DNA of 57,251 nt, the filler included, from Sphacelaria rigidula (lineage: Eukaryota), in NCBI GenBank assembly GCA_964200075.2. It is 8 parts of 8 records of this genome, joined end to end, with 100 filler letters (N's around TTAATTAATTAA, not from the genome) between each part and the next. Parts side by side here need not be neighbours in the genome. Positions count along the whole stretch, not along the records: positions 7,171 to 14,240 come from CAXNAA020016648.1; positions 14,341 to 21,409 come from CAXNAA020016649.1; positions 21,510 to 28,578 come from CAXNAA020016650.1; 5 more parts are not named here. The stretch is one strand, 5' to 3'. The translations under genes and the position numbers were made by a program. Shown here piece after piece: positions 11,867 through 26,200 of the stretch. Under the pieces are notes generated by a model that searched no databases, was not told the DNA's origin, and saw only the letters and a list, made by a program, of their open reading frames with translations. The first letter of the stretch is position 1, and each line of letters opens with the position of its first letter.

Positions 11867-13173
11867 AAACTGGGGGGCGGGGGGCGGGAATGGCGGTCAG
11901 TCCATTGTGCGTTCCAATTTTCGCTAGATCGGGCATGACCGCACTACGGCGGGAATTCCGCACTACGCTATTCTAGTGCGGCCACTCTTTGTTCTCATTA
12001 CATGAGATGGAATCAACTTGGACTTGTGTTCGTGTGCGAAACGAGTGTTTCTGACCGCACTGCGGGTATGGCCACCGCGCTCTTGACGGGCCACTTCAAC
12101 CATTGCAAGGTATCTACTATTTCGCGACGTTTTCTCACCAGGCCGCCCCCTTCCTCTCTTCGCCCCACCGCGGCCACCACCGCCTACGCCACCACGGCCT
12201 CCACCGCCGCCGCGGCCACCCTGTGCGCCACTTTTGTCTTGATCAGTCGGGGGCATCTTTCGACGCTTGTCCCGCTTGCCGGACTTCTGGCTCGACAAGC
12301 AACGACACGGACAGGGGGTGGTGGTAGTGCGCGGGGGGGGGGGAGTCACGCAAAGCAGTCACGCATGTTTTTCGAAAAAAAACTAAGAGCTCATGTGTAA
12401 AAGTCGCGAGACCTACGGTGGGCGGTGCTAACCGTCAAGGGCGGCGGGTGGTTTTTCTCGTGTTATGCTGGCAAGGATTCACCGCAGTCGAGTGTTTAGG
12501 CGGTTCAATCACTGGGGACCGGTCAGAGAAGATGTAGAGTTCGAGTGATTCCCAGGGGTCCCAGGGGGCTTGAAGGTGGTCAACCCACAAGATCTTGTCA
12601 TCCAGGGTCCCAGAGTCAGCTGTACAGGTATGAGGTATGAGAGTTTTGGGCCTCTCGGGTAGTCTAAAGTTAGTACTGCATCTGTAACGGCTCTTGTCTG
12701 GTATACAGGTTACAGGAGGTATCCATCTCTGCGTACATACAAAATGGCTACCTGCACATATGGAGGTACTTATGAAAGCTATGCTGTATGCTCCCAAGAT
12801 GACGAGGGTCGCAGCTGCTGCAGCAGTGGCAGCAGCAGCAGTTATGGTGGTGCTAGAGGCATGACGAACAACTTCCGTGTTCTCTGATGGGATCTATGGC
12901 AAGCACACGCCCGAACGCGAGCAGGTGGAGGTCATCACAAACGCTTTATGTTTGGTCGGCCCTGCTTGGCACACGAGATGGCAAAAAATAAATAAAAGGT
13001 CATCACGCAAAATCACTCCCACCCTTCCGTGGAACTTCCGGGCTCCCGTTCACTTCAACCAACACATGGGCTCGTGAGCGGTCCCCGGGGCAGTTTTTCC
13101 GCAGAGGAGACATGGCCGTGCCTGATACTACACTTCCGTGCATGGGAAAATAATTGCGATGAAAATTGTCAGT

Positions 13174-13990
13174 GGGGGCGTACCCCTTTGTTGCCTGCCT
13201 TAGCCGTTTGAACATTGACCACGCATTCCTTTCGAGACGGGTCACCGTTCCTACTACTAATAGACACCTCCAACATTTCGGTGCTCATCACGTTTCTTCC
13301 ATACGTTACACAAAGATCTTTTATATATCTTATCCCCGTCCTAGAGCATCCAAATATATTTTGGGCTATTGTTATCTGTACTGATTCCAACTTCTTCACC
13401 AATTCCCTTTCCCCTCCCATACTTCTCCTGCATATTCCAGGTTTGGTACGATCACGTTCATCAGGGTACATCTCTTAATCCTCGTATCCAGGTGCGAGCC
13501 TCTGAGGATCATGTCCATCCTGCTATCTGTGCCTTACCCATTTTTATCATTCTGTTCATGTGTACATCCCAAGAGCAGCTTACTTTCTAATATCTACGCC
13601 AGGGTATGTATACTGGTCTACGATCAGCAGTTCCTTTTTCTCTGCACTTCCATTTGAACTCCAGCGGGTTCTTATCTTCGTTGCATACAAGTACCGCACA
13701 TTTGTTCACGTTAGCTGTCACTCTCCATTTTCAAGTGTAGTCTAGCGTCTTCTCTATTTGCTTCTGCAGTCCTTTTGGTGTTTCTGATATTCCCACGAAA
13801 TCATCCGCGAACATCAATCCTGATACCATATCTCCCCCCACCTTGACTCCTTGGTTTGCTGCTTGCAGGTAACTATATTAATAAATTATTTGAAGAAAGT
13901 AGGTGATAACGTACATCCTTGTGGAACTCCTGGTGAAATACAAAAATATTTCGACAGTTCCCCGTCTAGCATCATAGAACGTTTGGCACA
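13174..13990 (-). mobile_element. Degenerate non-LTR retrotransposon (LINE) reverse transcriptase fragment with 3' end
   Basis: The minus strand reads GVPQGCTLSP (13930-13901) and GLMFADD (13820-13800), followed by thumb-region sequence (VKKLESVQITIAQNIFGCS) and the conserved 3' terminus. It carries frameshifts and stops. Confidence 0.88.
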
Positions 13991-14019
13991 TCGTTCTTAG
14001 GGGGAAGGAAAATACCGAC

Positions 14020-14150
14020 TTGATGAATTTTCCACGAGAGATGAGTTTCAACCCCCATCACGAGCTACTGCACGCATGAATCGTTTGATGAATTTTTCCA
14101 CGAGAGATGAGTTTCAACCCCCATCACGTGCTACTGCACGCATGAATCGT
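14020..14150. repeat. Tandem duplication, about 65 bp x2
   Basis: TTGATGAATTTTCCACGAGAGATGAGTTTCAACCCCCATCACG(A/T)GCTACTGCACGCATGAATCGT occurs twice. Confidence 0.9.
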
Positions 14151-14748
14151 TCAACCCCCCGCCCCCCCCGCCTGGTCCGGCGAAAACCCGGCGTGCTCCG
14201 TCCCGGCTTTGTAGGGATGCGAGGTCAATGGTCTTATGACNNNNNNNNNNNNNNNNNNNNNNNNNNNNNNNNNNNNNNNNNNNNTTAATTAATTAANNNN
14301 NNNNNNNNNNNNNNNNNNNNNNNNNNNNNNNNNNNNNNNNTTTTTTTTTTTATTCCCCTTTTCGCGTCGGTTGTGGGCCCCCCCCCCCCCCCCCCACTGC
14401 GGTGTCTTCTTTCGGATAGCGACGCGCACGCGGATAAAGTCAAAGCGTACGTGAATTGCTACTCAAGCACGTGATGTATTTCGATCCTATCAAAATCCTC
14501 TCAACTTGATTTATCGCCACCTCGTGAATCCCTTTCTGCCCTTCCCGCGGGCGCGCTTTCCTTCCGTCCTTGCGTCTCTTGCCGCCACCGTGTATCTATC
14601 TGCCTTCCGTTACTTGTTCTGCGTCGGGCCGCTTCTCTGTCTGTGGTTTCCCTGCTTGTTTGCTTGCGTGCTCACCTTCCTGTGTATCTCTGGTCTGGAA
14701 CAATAAAAACTCCCGCGGCGCCCATGAATATAATACCGCAACAACATA

Positions 14749-16631
<1,883 letters not shown>

Positions 16632-17849
16632 GTGATGAGGTACTATAATGCAACGCCAGTGAACGACATCGGCTTGCTCTTCTCCAGGGTATTGTGTTTC
16701 TCACGTTACCACCATTGAGCACTACCGCGGTATTGACGGACTTGAAGGATGGGGTGGATGGTCGAGAGACTGGTGCAAACTGGCTGGCTTGGGTGACGGA
16801 TTCGAGAATGAACTCAGACCCACCATCATACCGCACACTTGTCTACAGACATCCGAAGAGGCACACAGTTTGCCAGCACACACCTGCATACAAATTGATC
16901 CGAAATGTATCAAAATAATAATGTGTTTCAGAGAGATGGCAGCATAGCTCGTTCTGTACATGAACGTTGCTGAAGCGCGAATAGCGAGATGATGAACACC
17001 GAAACTTGGCAGGCGACTTGAAATGTGGCTATTACCATTTCGCATGCACACATGCGTCACCGACCATAAAGATATTTATACTTCGTATGATTTTTTTTTT
17101 GCGAGAACTGCAATCTTTATCCATCGATCGGCGCGCAAGTCCCGTTTTAATTCCAGTTTCACAAAGTGAATTTGGTTTCTGCTGCGGGTAAAAATTCGAC
17201 GAACCGGTTTTTTTGCGACTCCATTTTGGCGACATTATGTTTTCTAGATTTTTCCATACTAAAACCCCTATTGATTTCGTGTTTTCGAGAATAACTTTGT
17301 CAAACAAAGACCAAAAACACCCTTCTCCAAGGGGCACCTGGACACACAGCAGTTGATGCTGCCTACCTAGTATTATCCTCCAAATCGAAGTCTTGAGTGA
17401 GAACGCCCAGCGTTTGGTGCCCATGTACAAGGGTGAGCTACATCTAGTATCATGCTCCAAAACGTACCTGACAAGGGAGCAGCATGCCCGTACAGACAGT
17501 GGCAATGCTAGCGGATCCTATGTCCGGACAGTCTATGACAGTCTGGCAGCCCGCAAGGTGATAATGGTAGTGCCCTTCTAGCGATATCAACGTACTGTGC
17601 ACTGAAGCAGAGTTTGCAGGTGAATATTTCGGCGATTACCTCGCCTGTAGTTCGCCCACATGTTGCGGATTTTTGCTCGATGTCACTGAGTAACATTACA
17701 TGACGGGTGGACACGTACAAGATCCTCCGTTACATTATAGGTGGAGCTGTACCAGACCCTGCATTACACATGGAAATGTACCCAACCGTGGACAAAATAT
17801 TTCTACAGACAGTACGAATACGATGTTAAAAATGTACTGCGCACAGTCA

Positions 17850-17925
17850 GTGTGTTGTGTGTGCTGTCGTCCCATCTATTCCGGATGCCAGTCTCCACCT
17901 TTCGGTATATGTGGGCGCACCGGCC
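17850..17925 (-). mobile_element. 3' fragment of the tRNA-headed SINE family
   Basis: CCCATCTATTCCGGATGCCAGTCTCCACCTTTCGGTATATGTGGGCGCACC matches 47418-47470 and 54188-54240. Confidence 0.7.
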
Positions 17926-18541
17926 ACGGCTGTGTTACCATACAGCTTCGCCCAAGATACAGGCAGCCATTACAGCGGCGAAGGCGGCATTTCACTCCTG
18001 CGTGCGCCACCTGGGGCAAATGCACGCTCTAGCTGCAACACACACAGCTTTACAAAATGTGACGTGGCGATATAGTGCGTAGCGAGGGGTGGTATCCTGC
18101 GTACACGTTGGCCGCGATACAAGCGGTTGCATTCATGATGTGGCGAACTGCATGGGACAACGCGAAATCAATGCAGGACAGGGATAGGCTTAGGATGTCA
18201 CGTCCTGCGGTGTGCTTTGTCACCCTGCGCCCTACCGCTGTGCAGTGAGCAGGTAGTACCGCCGAACGCGTCACGCTGCGGTGGGTACGCAGTGTCCAAC
18301 ACAGCAGCGATCAGTATGTTTCATGTACGGTACCATACTTATACATTGATCTGTGCTCTGAAGAGCGATGCGCACACGCACAGCAACTACCCGCACAGCA
18401 ACTACCATCACCATTATCCATCGATGAGGGGGGTACCCCGTCCTTCCTCAACAATCTTAGCAAGATGCAGCTCACCCCTCATGCAACTATCCGAACACAT
18501 CACGGCGCTTCGCGCTTGGTGAATGACAGCGAGTCTGCTTA

Positions 18542-18672
18542 GGCGAAATCCCGGCGTGCTCCTTCCCGGCTTTGTAGGGATGTGAGGTCAATGCTCACGT
18601 GACTAGGGCATGCAAAAATGGTTAGTGGTCAAACGACTATGGCAAGCAACAAATATGTACGCCCCCCTCCTC
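18542..18672 (+). mobile_element. Short interspersed element family B sharing the LINE 3' end; other copies 14178-14240 (+), 35848-35918 (+), 21826-21866 (-)
   Basis: GGCGAAA(A/T)CCCGGCGTGCTCC(G/T)TCCCGGCTTTGTAGGGATG(C/T)GAGGTCAATG... recurs on four separate contigs and ends in GTAC(A/G)CCCCCC where complete. Confidence 0.7.
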
Positions 18673-21600
18673 CTCAAATAGGGTACCCAGGGGTCCCTCC
18701 CTCCCTTCCCCCCCTACGGCCCCAGAATGAGGTTTGGGCGACCTGGGGGGTGATGGTGCCGTCATTTCCCGATATGGGGCTCGTTGGCCCAGCGTGCAGC
18801 TGCTTGACGCTTGACTCTGTCTCCTGTCTGCCCGAGAAACAGCAGTTTGCAACTTGTAGTCTATGGCATACCGGGAAGCGAGTCGTGTACGTGTACTTCA
18901 AAACAGGAATGGTAGTGGCTGGGACTGGTGCGGGACGACCTGGCGGGAATTTGCCGGGAAACGGCTCGCGTCTGAGCGCCGGCTTGCTGCGGACCCTTGC
19001 GAATGTAGGGCGACGGCGATAACACCAACACGATTTACGCTTCAATTCAACTTCACGCTTCCGTGCGACGACACATCACCATACCGCGGGTGCGTGCGAC
19101 AGACCTTCACTTTAGAGTAGAAGGGTCCAGCCGAGACCTCTCCGGTTTCACCGCCGAAATCCGAGACCACAAAGTCACAAACACCGAAATGAATTGAAAT
19201 TGGAAGCGCCATAGACACGGGGCAATCTATTACTACATAAGTGTGGTTTCGACTTTTCCCAAAACAAAGTGAGCTTGACGCCGTTCATTGAAGGTCAAGA
19301 GTTCGATTCCCCCCTTAGACACATCGTTTTCTTCGAAAAATGCACTTTTTTTCTTCATTTTTCTTCCCCTCGTGCTGATTTTTCTGTTTGAAGTTTCAAT
19401 TTTTGGTACCGTGTATTTTTCCCTCCGGCCAAAAGGAAAGACGTTTTTTTTCTCAAAGATTCCCCTTGAAAATATGATCGCAAAAAAAGGCTTTTTTTCG
19501 TTCTGGACAAAAGGGAAAACGACACCCCAGTTGTCCTTACTCATCAGATCTTGGAAAACCCCCCCGGAGAATCATTTTTCCAGGGGAGGGGATGAGAGCT
19601 AACCATCCCCTGTTTAAAGCGGTTCCATCAATCGTATTGGTGATGAAAACATGATACATATAAAATATGGTGCAAAATCACCTCGTGTAACACCTTGAAC
19701 GACAAGCCGCGCTAATATTCGGAAAACCCTTTTCCAGCTTATATTACGGAACGGAGGGAGGAAGTAACATATATGACTCACCATGTTTCGCAGCCAAGAG
19801 CGATCAACTCGAATTAGTCAGGTTGGTGGGATCTTACCGGTGATCAGTGAACGGGGAAATCGAATCCAAGAGGACAGCACTGAAACAGCTTTCCCGATTA
19901 GAAGCACCATGATATGCGCAAATTGTTCACACATCCGACAGCTCATGAGTTACCTGAAACAACTAATCGAAGACAACTCTCAGATCCGCTGTACGAAATC
20001 ATAAAACACGTGACAGCTATGTCCGAGAACCAAAGTTTCACCTCCCCGCTACACCGCGTACTCCGGATTCATCGCTGTCGGGAGCTAATACGGAAATAGT
20101 GGCTAAATGAGCGAGCTCATGATCCGGATCAGCACTCTAATGACAAGTAATATCCAGGTAGCTCATGAGCTGTTGGACATGTGAAATTGTTGTAAGATTG
20201 TTGATCTCATGCATAAACGCTGTGAAGACGCGACTTTTCATGTGGACGAGGGATGAGCACAGCGTGCGGCGCGATGACTTCAAGCGAACAGCAAGTGACC
20301 CAGCACCAGTTCGTTTTGAGTTCAATATTACACAGAGAGTACAATGTTTCCCAGTAGTCACGGTTTATCATGTTCGATATCACCAATGAGCAGCAACGGA
20401 GACAAGCGTCACCCACGCGCGGTATCCGGCACACCGGTATATCGATCCAAGCGGATAGCATCATGTCTTCAGCACAGACGTCATTTTCTTTTTTCGTATT
20501 GGTGGTGTTGAGAACTCAATCAAGCTCAGCTTCGCTTCGTCTTTTCAAGAGTATTAATTAAAGGCCCGGGCGTCCCTCAGTTCGATCCTGTTCCGAAAAA
20601 GAACGGAATCCAATTGGATGCAAGGAGGCATGGTTTTCAACCGTCGTGAACGGATACAAGTACCCTCTAACCCCGATCAGACTGCTCGCCGGCAGCGCTC
20701 GATCAGCCCTCTGGATTCTCTAGTCGAATAGTTAGCCCATCCTCGTACTGACCCTCCACCACTACACCGTGATCCATAACACATGGTCATTTCTCAAATA
20801 CAAGATGAATGACGTGATGACGCATGAGGAAGACAAACCCCTCGCCACTCAACCCGCACGCTGTTGCATGGAGAGAGAAAACGAGTTACTAGATGCATTC
20901 TATTTCTGAAGGAAACTCCAAACGTTTGGTCGAGCATCGGTGAAAATGTAAATGACAAATGTGAAGGTACATACCGTCCGCGCATACACCTCCACATAGC
21001 ATGCATTGCCATTTCTATATACTCCTGGTTTTAGTCCAAATCATTGCGTTCGGCTTCTTCAGTCAAATTTGAGAAGTCGACACATGCGCCACCTCAGGTG
21101 GGATTTGGCCCAGGCCGAGCGTTTGCGCAATGGCTGTCGATACTCGTGGCCAATTAGACTTCGAAGAGGCAAATCGTGCTCGGCGACATCACCACGAAAA
21201 CACTCATAGCTGTGATGCATATCCATCGCTAACAATGTTTTCGTAAAATTGAGAGTCGAAGATCCAATTGAGAGCGACAAGTTTATTCGCACCGCGCTAA
21301 CGGGGACCTTTTGAATTGTTCCACGACACTTTGGGTTTTGGTATAACAAGAGGCTAGTTAACCCTTGGACCAGACCTACTCAAACTCTGAGTAGAGTATT
21401 TGGTGCTCCNNNNNNNNNNNNNNNNNNNNNNNNNNNNNNNNNNNNNNNNNNNNTTAATTAATTAANNNNNNNNNNNNNNNNNNNNNNNNNNNNNNNNNNN
21501 NNNNNNNNNACTGATTATCTTGCATTTGGATAGCAGCCTGCAATGAGTTGCTTCATTTTATGGTGTCGCCACTTCCAGAGACAGCCGCGGCTTATACACG

Positions 21601-21899
21601 GCCTCATGGCTGTCTCACCATCTAAACACTACGTAGTACGATTATCCCCGTTGTGCGGAATTGAGGTACTTCCATCCCGCATAACATGATCTAGCTACCA
21701 TCATGGTTACCGAAAAAAAATGCAAGTGCGCAAAACAAATCGGTAACCTGGTTGCCTAGCTTACGCAGTGAGTGGCGTGTTTAGTAACGTCATCGCCAAC
21801 CGATGTCAACCCCATCGGGGGCCCGCCCCTACAAAGCCGGGGCGGAGCATGCCGGGCTCTCGCCGGGAAGGGGAGAGTAGGGGGGGGGGGGGCGGGCGG

Positions 21900-22980
21900 A
21901 GGGGGGGGGGGACTCATTTCTTGCTTTGCCTTAGTCATTCGACCATACACCACACATCTCTTTCGAGACGGAGTACTATCCCTACTCCTACTAGAGACAC
22001 CTCCAACATTTTAGGCGCCCACCACCTTCCTTCCGTACATTACACGAAACCTTTCACCTATTCTATGCCCCTCCTGCTTCACCGTCTGTGGCCACCATCT
22101 GTTTCCTGCTATAGCGATCGTTTTCTCGCTACTACCTAAAGTACCGGAAGATTTCATGCCACCTTTGTTTAACTCCCTAATTTCCTCCGCTAACGCGCCC
22201 CGTTCCGCCTGGTATAGTTCCGACTTTATGAGCTCTATTCTGTTGCTTTGCCAGGAGGGCAGTTCTGTGCATCTACTTTCTCCTCTACCCGACTACTGGG
22301 ACGCCTCTTTGTTTTTTCTGGCAGGTCCTGTTCCCCCGCCCGAAATCGCACACTGAACCTTTTCGGGTAGTCCATCGGGGCATGCAGATATGTTTTCATC
22401 TCTATCTCTCCTCTGAATCCCAGTACATCTTTAGGCACTCTTTCCCATCCTCTTCCCGTAATCGCGCTTGTTTCGCCCTTATATTCTATTCTTTTTTTAC
22501 TCTTGTCTTGTATCCCACCACATTCACTCACGGACAGTATCTCGTCTTGGTTTTCTCCTAAATATTTCGATATTTTCTCGGCTACACTATCCCGCCTTTT
22601 TCCAGCATGCCGCCTCGGCACTTTTTTTCACACAGCCCTGTCAACTACTGCTGACAATCTCTTTCTCGCCATGTTCCTTACGTTATATTTTCATTTTATA
22701 GGTCTCTATTTATTCCAAGTGGGTGCATTCCCAATTCTGCTTCTACTGCTGTATTACTCGCCATTTTCGAGCATCCAAGTATTTTTTTAGTTGCTATCAT
22801 CTGTATTGTTTCCAGCTTCTCCACAAACTTCGCGTTCCCTTTCCATACTTCTCCTGCATATTCTAGCTTCGGTATAGTCATCGTTCATCAGAAGACATAT
22901 CTTAATGCTGATGTCGAGGTGCGAGTCTCTTAGGATCACATCCATCTCGCGCATATTTGCCGTACCCTTTCCTATTACTG
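21900..22980 (-). mobile_element. Degenerate LINE fragment (RT thumb to 3' end) in an intron of the PGK-like gene
   Basis: IPKLEYAGEVWKGNAKFVEKLETIQMIATKKILGCSKMASNTAVEAELGMHPL is homologous to 13330-13450 and leads to the same 3' terminus, which abuts a long G-run on the plus strand. Confidence 0.85.
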
Positions 22981-23248
22981 TGGAGGGTGAGGGGTGAGGC
23001 GATAGGGTGCGTACGGAATCAAAGATGGTGTACGGAAGCGCGGAATGCTTGTTCGGGCCGTGACAACGGCGGGAAAGACTGCAATGCCCACCGTCGAACG
23101 CCTTGTCCCCCCCCCCACATACACACACATTGACGTCTCACAAACTATCGCCTCCCTAGGATTACCTCCGAGCCAAAAAAACGCAGAAACGGCAACCTCG
23201 TGACGACTGATTATACTTCTCTCTCACCGCCAGCCTACTCTTACTTAC

Positions 23249-26200
23249 CTTAACTCCTCGTTTTCTGGCCTTGACGATCAACCTCCTCGCCGCGACAAAC
23301 ACGTCGACGGGATCCCGCGGCAGCCCAGCACAGTCTTTGCCCCACTTTTTTATTCTCTTTCTTCCACCACCGCCGCCGCCGCCGCCGCCGGTAAAAACGT
23401 TCTCCTCCGCCCTCAAGGCCGCCAACAACGTAACCGACATGGCCCCACCGATGGCCAATGTGTCGACGAGGTCAAGCAAGCCGTCGACGAGCTGCAATCG
23501 GGGCTCAAGGCATCCCCCGCCAACGATTGCAAGCAACGGTCGGTCCGGCATCTCGGTGAGGTAGGCCATGGCGTTCAGATCTCCGTGTAGAGCTTTCGTT
23601 TTGTTTTGTGGATATTTTTGTGGGGGCGTGTGTGAAAACACAGGGGTGTGGACGACGAAGGAAGACAAGTGGGGAGTCTATTTATCGCTTGGAAACCCCA
23701 CAGACTTGACGCGTGCATGAACGAATCGTGGAATATAATCACACTCACTCGCACAAGTACCTGACTTTCGTTGCCGGATGGGGAGCTACAGGTAGGTTAG
23801 GTCCATTCCCGCAGTAACGTTTTGCGACAAATATCCTTTTATGACCATCACGACCATCGCTTCCTGACCGACCTTGTAATTTTATTCACTATCCTTACCG
23901 GTTCCAGACACCGTAAGACCGGTAGTGGGTGTCGGGCCCCATGGAATGTTCCTTTTGGGCCTGTATAGAGTGCGCGGCGCATCGAGCACGGTAACGTCGA
24001 CAGTTCCAGCCAGCAACTCGCCAAGATCTCCCTGAGAAGGATCGTTGCGCTTTAATCGCCCTGCTTCGACTGCTTCTTCCTTCTCGGCTGCGACTCCCAC
24101 TTCATCTTCAGTCGTACGAGGAACGCAAAGGGAAAATCATAGAACACTCGTTATGTTTCACTTTTGTTTTCCCTCTCGCAGTGAAGCTCTGCGGCTAGAC
24201 CGAACAAGATAATGTATCGCACACATTTATGACTTTGCCCGTCGTTTGAATGCGGCGGGGATACTACAAACGATCCTACACCTTAGAACGAACACGTCAT
24301 CGTTGCAAAGGCCGAAGACGACCTGTTGTAGCATGTAGTATCCTAGGAGCAAGTCAAGACGAGCTATAAGTGTCGTTCTCGGAGTGAGGTGGGGCACACA
24401 CAGACACATGTACGCACCATACACACACCTTGTCCACCCCATGTGAAATCCGGTAGACGTTCGTCCTCGCAATCGCTCAGCTCGGGCTCTTCTACAGGCG
24501 GCGCAGGCACTACGCCAGGACATCCCAACCCCTCCACCATCATTACGCGAACAGCGAGCGGATGAGGATCTGACCCGCTCATATCGCACTCGCCGAGCGC
24601 CGTGGCCATTTCCGGGATGCTATCGTAGAACTCCACGTCCATGCCCAGTAGAGTGGACACGGCTAATGAGGTGGCACGCAAGGCCGATGGGGACGAGGTG
24701 GCAGGGGCGATATCATTCGTGAGAGCCTCCACCGGCGTCGGAGAAATTACATCGGACGTCGATACCCATGAGCCTCCTAGCAGCCCTAGGGACGGGTGAG
24801 GTGTGGGTCCGGTGTGCAATATAGTATTGTGGGCCGAAACAGGGCCTGACGCAGTTTCCGACACAATCGCCACGGCCGACGGCTTAGCCGAGAGCATACT
24901 GCGCACCTCTTCCGCCACAAGCTGCACCGCTTCCGGGAACAACATCGCGTGCGATTCTGCCCCCCCTCCCCTTCCCCCGTCCGACGAGTCGTCGACGATC
25001 ACCATGGGTTCCAGTGCTTGCGTCCTCTCCGCTGGTCCTCTTCCTTCCTCTCCTCCTCCCCCTTTGTGCCTACGATCAGCAGCACTAGCACCACCGGTAC
25101 CAACACCATCAGGACGATTGCCCTCCTTCAATCGAACTTCTTCGTTTCGCTGACAGAGATCTACATGTAGTAGCAGCCGTTGTCCTTCGATGTCGCTCCT
25201 CGAGAGCGTGGCGACTCTCGAGAGCGGCGGCGGGACTACCGCTGAAGACTGGGCATCCCCGTGACCGATACCGACGGGCCCCTCCACGACATTGACGAAG
25301 CGTCGTGCTGCAGAAGCAGAACGGCGATCAGCCTCTTCCGTCCGCAGCTTCGCCTCGAACCGCGCTACCGCCTCTTCAACTTCCGATGATACCGCGTCGA
25401 AGGCGAGGGCTGCGAAGGATGCTAGGGAATCGCCGCCCTTTGCTAAGGCCGCGGCACGCGCACGGGCTCCGCCTTGCGCGAAGTCGGAGAATGTGTTCTC
25501 TGGGCAGGCTGCAGCCCAAGTCTTGATCGAATCCTAGAATACATATTGCGCAGGGTCTTACTGAATTTTTCATTCTGTGGGTCACACCGTTGTCTGTGAG
25601 CTTGTAAATCCATTATCCGGGCGCCGAAGACTGACTCGGATACACCCTTGTGGCGGGGTGGTAAGTTTTGTTTTTGGAGCGAGTCTCTCGAACCAGTACA
25701 TATACCTGTGGCTGCGGACTAGAGAGGTAGAGTACCGCACGTGCAGCTGTCAGGTATTTGTGAATCCGCGAGAACAGCAAATATCTGGTGCAAACTTCGG
25801 CTGAAATTCACCTTATACTGTTCGCTACCAGATTTAGACGTTGACCCGCGGGACTGCGTCCTAGGGCTTCCCGTTTCTTAACGCCCAAGTTCCAAGACGT
25901 TTGTGGGGTGGTTACATAAACCGTCATTTTCGTATTGATGCATCGACCGCTTACAGAAATTTCTTCGCAGCGCGGGCGATGCAAGCTTCTGATTAACCAC
26001 ACGCCGATATGCTCACATATCACCAACATCCTCAGATACCGTCCGCCACCAACGGGCGTCGTCCACGACCGACGAGAGGAACGTGTCTCACCTCGTCATA
26101 CCGAAGCACAGGTCGCTGGCGTGGGGTCGCAGGTGTCCCTCCTGGCAACGCCACCGCTTCCCTCCGTGCTTCTTCCACAGCGTCAGGAACAGCTTCGAGC

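Noticed and set aside
23249-25230. Canonical glycolytic/Calvin-cycle PGK
   Set aside because: Substrate-binding and catalytic motifs are largely substituted and the domain is fused to a long unrelated region, so no pgk symbol was given.
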